64,000 bases of DNA from the human T2T-CHM13v2.0 reference genome, Homo sapiens, in assembly GCF_009914755.1 (NCBI RefSeq), contig NC_060933.1. One strand, given 5' to 3'. Under the pieces are notes generated by a model. That model was not told the origin of the DNA. It saw only the letters and a program-made list of their open reading frames with translations, and did not search any database. The position numbers and the translations under genes are program-made. The stretch's first letter is position 1. The number at the start of each line of letters is the position of its first letter. Below are positions 54,501-64,000 of the stretch, in pieces.

Positions 54501-57500
54501 GATTGGAATGCAATGGAATGGAATCAACCCGAGTACAGGGGAATGGAATGGAATGCAATGCAATGGAATGGAATCATCCGTAATGGAATGGAAAGGAATG
54601 GAATGGAATGGAATGGAATGGAATGGAATGGAATGGAATCAACACGATTGCAATCGAATGGAAGGGAATGGAATTAACCCGAATAGAATGGAATGGAATG
54701 GAATGGAACGGAACGGAATGGAATGGAATGGAATGGAATGGAACGGAACGGAACGGAACAGAACGGAATGGAATGGAATGGAATGGAATGGAATCAACGC
54801 GAGTGCAGGGGAATGGAATGGAATGGAATGCAATGGAATGGAATCTTCCGGAATGGAATGGAATGGAATGGAATGGAATGCAATGAAATGCAAAGGATTC
54901 AACTCGATTGCAATGGAATGGAATAGAATGGAATGGAATGGAATGGAATTAACCCAAATAGAATGCAATGGAATGGAATGGAACGGAATGGAACGGAATG
55001 GAATGGAATGGAATGGAATGGAATGGAATGGAATGGAATGGAATGGAATGGTATGGAATGGAATGGAATGGTACGGAATAGAATGGAATGGAACGAATTG
55101 TAATGGAATGGAATTGAATGGAATGGAATGGAATGGAATGGAATCAACGCGAGTGCAGGGGAATGTAATGGAACGGAATGCAATGGAATGGAATCATCCG
55201 GAATGGAATGGAATGGAATGGAATGGAATGGAATGGAGTCAACCCGAGTGCTATGGAATGGAGTGGAATGGAATGGAATGGAAAGGAACAACCCGAATGG
55301 AATGGAATGTAATGGAGAGTAAAGGAGTTGAATAGAATGAATCCGAATGTAATGGAATGGAATGCAACGGAATGGAATGGAATGGAATGGAATGGAATGG
55401 AATGCAAAGGAATGGAATCAACCCGAGTGGAATGGCATGGAATGGAATGCAATGGAATGGAATGGAATGGAATCAACTCGAGTGGAAAGGAATGGAATGG
55501 AATGGAAAGGAATGGAATGAAATCAACTCGAGTGGAATGGAATGGAATTGATTGGAATGGATTGCAATGGAATGAAATGGAATGGAATGGAATGGAATCA
55601 ATCATTCCGAGTGGAATGGAAGGGAATGTAATGGAGTGGAAAGAAGGGAATGGAATCCACCCGATTGGAATGCAAGGCAATGGAATGGAATGGAAAGGAA
55701 TGGAATGGAATCAACTCGATTGCAATGGAATGGAATGGAATGGAATGGAATGGAATGGAATGGAATTAACCGGAATAGAATGGAATGCAATGGAATGGAA
55801 CGGAATGGAATGGAATGGAAGGGAATGGAATCAACACGAGTACAGGGGAATGGAATGGAATGGAATGCAATGGAATGGAATCATCCGGAACGGAATGGAA
55901 TGGAATGGAATCAACTCCATTGCAATGGAATGGAATGGAATGGAATAGAATAGAATGGAAGGAATTAACCCGAATAGAATGGAATGCAATAGAAAGGAAT
56001 GGAACGGAACCGAATGGAGTGGAATGGAATGGAATGGAATCAACCTGATTGCAGGGGAATGGAATGGAATGGAATGCAATGGAATGGAATCATCCGGAAT
56101 GGAATGGAATGGAATGGAATGGAATGGAATGGAATGGAATGGAATCAAACCGAGTGCAATGGAATGGAGTGAAATGGAATGGAATGGAATGGAAACAAAC
56201 AGAATGGATTGGAATATAATGGAGTGTAAGGGAATTGAATAGAATCAATGTGAATGTAATGAAATAGAATGGAACGGAAGGGAATGGAATGAAATGGAAT
56301 CGAATGGAATGGAATGGAATGGAATCAACCCGAGTGGAATGGCATGGAATGGAATGGAATGGAATGGAATGGAATGGAATGGAATGGAATGGTTCGGAAT
56401 AGAATGGATTGGAACAAAATGGAATGGAATGGAATGGAATGGAATGGAATGGAATAGAATGGAATGGAATGGAATCAAGTCGATTGCAGTGGAATAGAAT
56501 GGAATGGAATGGAACGGATTGGAATGGAATGGAATGGAATGGAATGGAATTAAATGGAATGGAAAGGAATGGAATCAACCCGAGTGCAGGGGAAAGGAAT
56601 GGAATGGAATGGAATGGAATGGAATGTTATGGAATGGAATGGAATGGAATGGAATGGAATCAACCCGAGTGGAATGGCATGGAATGGAATGCAATGGAAT
56701 GGAATGGAACGGAATCAACTCGAGTGGAAAGGAATGGAATGGAATGGAAAGGAATGGAATGAAATCAACTCTAGTGGAATGGAATGGAATGGAATGGATT
56801 GGAATGGATTGCAATGGAATGAAATGGAATGGAATGGAATGGAATCAATCATTCCGAGTGGAATGGAAGGGAATGTAATGGAGTGGAAAGAAGGGAATGG
56901 AATCAACCCGAGTGGAATGCAAGGCAATGGAATGGAATGGAAAGGAATGGAATGGAATCAACTCGATTGCAATGGAATGGAATGGAATGGAATGGAATGG
57001 AAAGGAATGGAAAGGAATGAAATGGAATGGAATGGAATGCAATGCCATGGAATCAACCCGAGTGCAATCGAATGGAATCGAATGGAATGGAATGCAATGG
57101 AATGGATTCAACTTGAATGGAATGGAAAGAATGGAATCAACACGAGTGGAATGGCGTGGATTGGAATGGAATGGAATGGAATCAACCCGAGTACAGGGGA
57201 ATGGAATGGAATGGAATGCAATGTAATGGAATCATCCGTAATGGAATGGAAAGGAATGGAATGGAATGGAATGGAATGAAATGGAATGGAATCAACTCGA
57301 TTGCAATCGAATGGAATGGAATGGAATTAACCCGAATAGAATGGAATGGAATGGAATGGAACGGAATGGAACGGAACGGAATGGAATGGAATGGAATGGA
57401 ATGGAATGGAACGGAAAGGAATGGAATGGAATAGAATTCAATGTAATGGAATGGAATGGAATCCACGCGAGTGCAGGGGAATGGAATGTAATGGAATGTA

Positions 57501-59599
57501 ATGGAATGAAATCTTCCGGAATGGAATGGAATGGAATGGAATCAACCCGAGTGCAATGGAATGGAGGCGAATGCAATGGAATGGAATGGAACAACCCGAA
57601 TGGAATCGAATGTAATGGAGAGTAAGGGAGTTGAATAGAATCAATCCGAATGTAATGGAATGGAATGGAACGGAATGGAATTGAATGGAATGGAATGGAA
57701 TGCAATGGAATGGAATCAACCCGAGTGCAATGGAACGGAGAGGAATGGAATGGAATGGAGTGGAAACTACCCGAATGGAATGGAATGTAATGGAGTGTAA
57801 GGGAATTGAATACAATCAATCCGAATGTAATGGAATGGAATGGAATGGAATGGAATGGAATGGAATGGAATGGAACGGAACGGAATGGAATGGAATGGAA
57901 TGGAATGGAATGGAATGGAATCAACGCGAGTGCAGGGGAATGGAATGGAATGGAATGCAATGGAATGGAAACTTCCGGAATGGAATGGAATGGAATGGAA
58001 TGGAATGAAATGCAATGGATTCAACTCGATTGCAATGGAATGGAATAGAATGGAATGGAATGGAATGGAATGGAATTAACCCCAATAGAATGGAATGGAA
58101 TGCAATGGAACGGAATGGAACGGAATGGAATGGAATGGAATGGAATGCAATGGTATGGAATGGAATGGAATGGTACGGAATAGAATGGAATGGAACGAAT
58201 TGTTATGGAATGGAATTGAATGGAATGGAATGGAATCAACGCCAGTGCAGGGGAATGTAATGGAACGGAATGCAATGGAATGGAATCATCCGGAATGGAA
58301 TGGAATGGAATGGAATGGAATGGAATGGAATGGAATGGAATCAACCCGAGTGCAATGGAATGGAGTGGAATGGAATGGAATGGAATGGAACAACCCGAAG
58401 GGAATGGAATGTAATGGAGAGTAAGGGAGTTGAATAGAATCAATCCGAATTTAATGGAATGGAATGCAACGGAATGGAATGGAATGGAATGGAATGGAAT
58501 GGAATGGAATGCAATGGAATGGAATCAACCCGAGTACAATGGAATGGAATGGAATGGAATGGAATGGAATGGAATGCCTTCAAACCGAATGGAATGGAAA
58601 GGAATGGAATCAACACGAGTGGAATGGAATGGAATGGAATGGAATGGAATGATACGGAATAGCATGGAATGGAACGAAATGGAATGGAATGGAATGGAAT
58701 GGAATGGAATGGAATGGAATGGAATGGAATCGTTCCGAGTGGAATAGGAAGGAATGTATTCGAGTGGAATGGAAAGGAATAGAATCAACCAGAGTGGAAT
58801 GGAAGGGAATGGAATGGAATGGAAACTAATAGAATGGAATCAACCTGAGTGGAATGGAATGGAAAGGACTGGAATGGAATGGAATGGAATGGAATGGAAT
58901 GGAATCAACTCGATTGTAATGGCATGGAATGGAATGGAATGGAATGGAATGGAATTAACCCGAATACAATGGAATGGAATGGAATGGAACGGAATGGAGT
59001 GGAATGGAATGGAATCAACCCGAGTGCAGGGGAATGGAATGGAATGGAATGCAATGGAATGGAATCATCCGGAATGGAATGGAATGGAATGGAATGCAAA
59101 GCAATGGAATCAACTCGATTGCAATGGAATGGAATGGAATGGAAAGGAATACATTGGAATCAACCCGAGTGGAATGGAATGGAAAGGACTGGAATGGAGT
59201 GGAATGGAATGGAATGGAATGGAATGGAATCAACTCGATTGGAATGGAATGGAATGGAATGGAATTAACCCGAATAGAATGGAATGGAATGGAATGGAAC
59301 GGAACGGAATGGAATGGAATGGAATGGAATGGAATGGAATCAACCCGACTGCAGGGGAATGGAATGGAATGGAATGCAATGGAATGCATTCAACTTGAAT
59401 GGAATGGAAAGAATGGAATCAACACGAGTGGAATTGCATGGATTGGAATGGAATGGAATGGAATCAACCCGAGTACAGGGGAATGGAATGGAATGGAATG
59501 CAATGGTATGGAATCATCCGTAATGGAATGGAATGGAATGGAATGGAATTAACCCGAATAGAATGGAATGGAATGGAATGGAATGGAATGGAATGGAAT

Positions 59600-62500
59600 G
59601 GAATCAACCCGACTGCAGGGGAATGGAATGGAATGGAATGCAATGGAATGGATTCAACTTGAATGGAATGGAAAGAATGGAATCAACACGAGTGGAATGG
59701 CATGGATTGGAATGGAATGGAATGGAATCAACCCGAGTACAGGGGAATGGAATGGAATGGAATGCAATGGAATGCAATCATCCGTAATGGAATGGAAGGG
59801 AATGGAATGGAATGGAATGGAATGGAATGGAATGGAATGGAATGGAATGGAATCAACTCGATTGCAATCAAATGGAATGGAATGGAATTAACCCGAATAG
59901 AATGGAATGGAATGGAATGGAATGGATCGGAACGAAACGGAACGGAACGGAATGGAATGGAATGGAATGGAATGGAATGGAATGGAATGGAATCAACGCG
60001 AGTGCAGGGGAATGGAATGGAATGGAATGCAATGGAATGGAATCTTCCGGAATGGAATGGAATAGAATGGAATGGAATGGAATGGAATGGAATAAACCCG
60101 AGTGCAATGGAATGGAGTGGAATGGAATGGAATGGAATGGAACAACCCGAATGGAATGGAATGTAATGGAGAGTAGGGGAGTTGAATAGAGTCAATCCGA
60201 ATGTAATGGAATGGAATGGAACGGAATGGAATTGAATGGAATGGAATGGAATGGATTCAACTTGAATGGAATGGAAAGAATGGAATCAACACGAGTGGAA
60301 TGGCAGGAATTGGAATGGAATGGAATGGAATCAACCCGAGTACAGGGGAATGGAATGGAATGGAATGGAATGGAATGGAATCAACTCCATTGCAATGGAA
60401 TGGAATGGAATGGAATTAACCCGAATAGAATGGAATGGAATGGAATGGAACGGAACAGAACGGAACGGAATGGAATGGAATAGAATGGAATGGAATGGAA
60501 CGGAAAGGAATGGAATGGAATGGAATGGAATGGAATGGAACGGAAAGGAATGGAATGGAATGGAATGGAATGGAATAGAATGGAATGGAATCAACTCGAT
60601 TGCAGTCGAATGGAATGGAATGGAATTAACCCGAATAGAATGGAATGGAATGGGATGGAACGGAACGGAACGGAACGGAATGGAATGGAATGGAATGGAA
60701 TGGAATGGAACGGAAAGGAATGGAATGGAATGGAATGGAATGGAATGGAATGGAATGGAAGGGAATCAACGCGAGTGCAGGGAAATGGAATGGAATGGAA
60801 TGCAATGGAATGGAATCTTCCGGAATGGAATGGAATGGAATGGAATGGAATGAAAGGCAATGGATTCAACTCGATTGCAATAGAATGGAATAGAATGGAA
60901 CGGAATGGAATGGAATGGAATGGAATGGAATGGAATGGAACGGAACGGAATGGAATGGAATGGAATGGAATGGAATCAACGCGAGTGCAGGGGAATGGAA
61001 TGGAATGGAATGCAATGGAATGGAATCTTCCGGAATGGAATGGAATGGAATGGAATGAAAGGCAATGGATTCAACTCGATTGCAATGGAGTGGAATAGAA
61101 TGGAATGGAATGGAATGGAATGGAATGGAATTGAATGGAATGGAATGCCTTCAAACCGAATGGAATGGAAAGGAATGGAATCAACACGAGTGGAAAGGAA
61201 TGGAATGGAAAGGAATGGAATGGAATGGAATGGTACGGAATAGAATGGAATGGAACGAACTGGAATGGAATGGAATGGAATGGAATGGAATGGAATGGAA
61301 TCGTTCCGAGTGGAATAGGAGGGAATGTATTCGAGTGGAATGGAAAGGAATGGAATCAACCACAGTGGAATGGAAAGGAATGGAATGGAATGGAAACTAA
61401 TAGAATGGAATCAACCCGAGTGGAATGGAATGGAAAGGACTGGAATGGAATGGAATGGAATGGAATGGAATGGAATGGAATGGAATCAACTCGATTGTAA
61501 TGGAATGGAATGGAATGGAATGGAATGGAATGGAATGGAATGGAATAGAATTAACCCGAATACAATGGAATGGAATGGAATGGAACGGAATGGAGTGGAA
61601 TGGAATAGAATCAACCCTAGTGCAGGGGAATGGAATGGAATGGAATGCAATGGAATGGAATCATCCGGAATGGAATGGAATGGAATGGAATGCAAAGCAA
61701 TGGAATCAACTCGATTGCAATGGAATGGAATGGAATGGAAAGGAATAGAATGGAATCAACCTGAGTGTAATGGAATGGAAAGGACTGGAATGGAGTGGAA
61801 TGGAATGGAATGGAATGGAATGGAATCAACTCGATTGGAATGGAATGGAATGGAATGAAATGGAATGGAATGGAATGGAATTAACCCGAATAGAATGGAA
61901 TGGAATGGAATTGAACGGAATGGAATGGAATGGAATGGAATGCAATGGAATGGAATGGAATCAACCCGACTGCAGAGGAATGGAATGGAATGGAATCAAC
62001 TCCATTGCAATGGAATGGAATGGAATGGAATGGAATGGAATGGAATGGAATCAACCCGACTGCAGGGGAATGGAATGGAATGGAATGCAATGGAATGGAT
62101 TCAACTTGAATGGAATGGAAAGAATGGAATCAACACGAGTGGAATGGCATGGATTGGAATGGAATGGAATGGAATCAACCCGAGTACAGGGGAATGGAAT
62201 GGAATGGAATGCAATGGAATGCAATCATCCGTAATGGAATGGAAAGGAATGGAATGGAATGGAATGGAATGGAATGGAATCAACTCGATTGCAATCAAAT
62301 GGAATGGAATGGAATTAACCCGAATAGAATGGAATGGAATGGAATGGAATGGATCGGAACGGAACGGAACGGAATGGAATGGAATGGAATGGAATGGAAT
62401 GGAATGGAATGGAATGGAATCAACGCGAGTGCAGGGGAATGGAATGGAATGGAATGCAATGGAATGGAAACTTCCGGAATGGAATGGAATAGAATGGAAT

Positions 62501-64000
62501 GGAATGGAATGGAATGGAATAAACCCGAGTGCAATAGAATGGAGTGGAATGGAATGGAATGGAATGGAACAACCCGAATGGAATGGAATGTAATGGAGAG
62601 TAGGGGAGTTGAATAGAGTCAATCCGAATGTAATGGAATGGAATGGAACGGAATGGAATTGAATGGAATGGAATGGAATGGATTCAACTTGAATGGAATG
62701 GAAAGAATGGAATCAACACGAGTGGAATGGCAGGAATTGGAATGGAATGGAATGGAATTAACCCGAGTACAGGGGAATGGAATGGAATGGAATGGAATGG
62801 AATGGAATGGAATCAACTCCATTGCAATGGAATGGAATGGAATGGAATTAACCCGAATAGAATGGAATGGAATGGAATGGAACGGAACAGAACGGAACGG
62901 AATGGAATGGAATAGAATGGAATGGAATGGAACGGAAAGGAATGGAATGGAATGGAATGGAATGGAATGGAACGGAAAGGAATGGAATGGAATGGAATGG
63001 AATGGAATAGAATGGAATGGAATCAACTCGATTGCAGTCGAATGGAATGGAATGGAATTAACCCGAATAGAATGGAATGGAATGGGATGGAACGGAACGG
63101 AACGGAACGGAATGGAATGGAATGGAATGGAATGGAATGGAACGGAAAGGAATGGAATGGAATGGAATGGAATGGAATGGAATGGAATGGAATGGAATGG
63201 AATCAACGCGAGTGCAGGGAAATGGAATGGAATGGAATGCAATGGAATGGAATCTTCCGGAATGGAATGGAATGGAATGGAATGGAATGAAAGGCAATGG
63301 ATTCAACTCGATTGCAATGGAATGGAATAGAATGGAACGGAATGGAATGGAATGGAATGGAATGGAATGGAACGGAACGGAATGGAATGGAATGGAATGG
63401 AATGGAATCAACGCGAGTGCAGGGGAATGGAATGGAATGGAATGCAATGGAATGGAATCTTCCGGAATGGAATGGAATGGAATGGAATGAAAGGCAATGG
63501 ATTCAACTCGATTGCAATGGAGTGGAATAGAATGGAATGGAATGGAATGGAATGGAATGGAATTGAATGGAATGGAATGCCTTCAAACCGAATGGAATGG
63601 AAAGGAATGGAATCAACACGAGTGGAAAGGAATGGAATGGAAAGGAATGGAATGGAATGGAATGGTACGGAATAGAATGGAATGGAACGAACTGGAATGG
63701 AATGGAATGGAATGGAATGGAATGGAATGGAATGGAATCGTTCCGAGTGGAATAGGAGGGAATGTATTCGAGTGGAATGGAAAGGAATGGAATCAACCAG
63801 AGTGGAATGGAAGGGAATGGAATGGAATGGAAACTAATAGAATGGAATCAACCCGAGTGGAATGGAATGGAAAGGACTGGAATGGAATGGAATGGAATGG
63901 AATGGAATGGAATGGAATCAACTCGATTGGAATGGAATGGAATGGAATGGAATGGAATGGAATGGAATGGAATAGAATTAACCCGAATACAATGGAATGG
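59600..64000 (+). repeat. Tandem duplication, ~2.43 kb unit (copy 1 ~59600-62050; copy 2 from ~62050, truncated by window end)
   Basis: ORF pair offsets: 60211/62638 (2427); 60490/62922, 60645/63077 and 61135/63567 (2432). Shared private variants GGATCGGAAC, GAGTAGGGGAG, AGAGTCAATCC, TGGCAGGAATT and TGCAGTCGAA. Confidence 0.93.

Larger units (their letters stand above)
1..64000 (+). repeat. Human satellite 3 (HSat3/satellite III) array, (GGAAT)n with CAACCCGAGT-type decamer interruptions; runs off both window ends
   Basis: Seen: GGAAT dominates every line. It is interrupted by CAACCCGAGT, CAACGCGAGT, CAACACGAGT, CAACTCGATT, TAACCCGAAT and CAATCCGAAT. Established: the satellite 3 consensus is (ATTCC)n interspersed with A(C/T)TCGGGTTG, the reverse complement of CAACCCGA(G/A)T. 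The CATTCGATTC-dominated pattern of HSat2 is absent. Confidence 0.97.

Noticed and set aside
1-64000. Hundreds of ORFs encoding MEWNG (+) or IPFHS (-) repeats
   Set aside because: (GGAAT)3 is five stop-free codons, identical in all frames, with an ATG every 5 bp. ORFs overlap in all six frames and end at arbitrary variant pentamers. No coding signal.
1-64000. CRISPR-like alternation of repeats and spacers
   Set aside because: The spacers are a small recurring set of 5-15 nt words derived from each other rather than unique 30-40 nt sequences. No cas genes or leader.
1-64000. Telomeric repeat, HSat2, alpha satellite or DYZ1
   Set aside because: No TTAGGG, no 171 bp monomer and no CATTCGATTC-dominated pattern. 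The ~3.5 kb spacing is local only, and the pentamers appear purer than expected for DYZ1.
1-64000. A novel protein-coding or defence-type system hidden in the window
   Set aside because: No non-satellite sequence was found on either strand. Any system here would have to be the repeat's binding-site grammar, reported under findings.

Overview
The whole 64 kb window is one uninterrupted block of (GGAAT)n pentamer satellite, all on the + strand. It is punctuated by CpG-containing 10-nt spacers of the CAACCCGAGT family, the classical signature of human/hominid satellite 3 (HSat3, satellite III). The recurrent module AATCAACCCGAGTGCAATCGAATGGAATCG...CCGAGTACAGG suggests, from memory and untested, the chromosome 9q12 type. 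I see no genes, RNA genes, transposons, CRISPR or unique sequence. The ORFs are artefacts of the pentamer, which has no stop codon and reads MEWNG (+) or IPFHS (-) in every frame. Three layers of structure are present. (1) An ordered grammar of variant modules with no single fixed higher-order period. (2) A patchwork of recent tandem duplications (~1.47, ~3.1-3.5, ~4.2, ~3.5, ~2.0-2.1 and ~2.43 kb) plus copies dispersed 10-46 kb away. (3) About 42 perfect three-unit heat shock elements (GGAAT-CTTCC-GGAAT = nGAAn nTTCn nGAAn) made by one variant pentamer, nine of which also carry a perfect ETS site. Every pentamer-register shift I could trace goes in the same (deletion) direction. Counts and duplication boundaries were made by eye and are approximate (+/- tens of bp).
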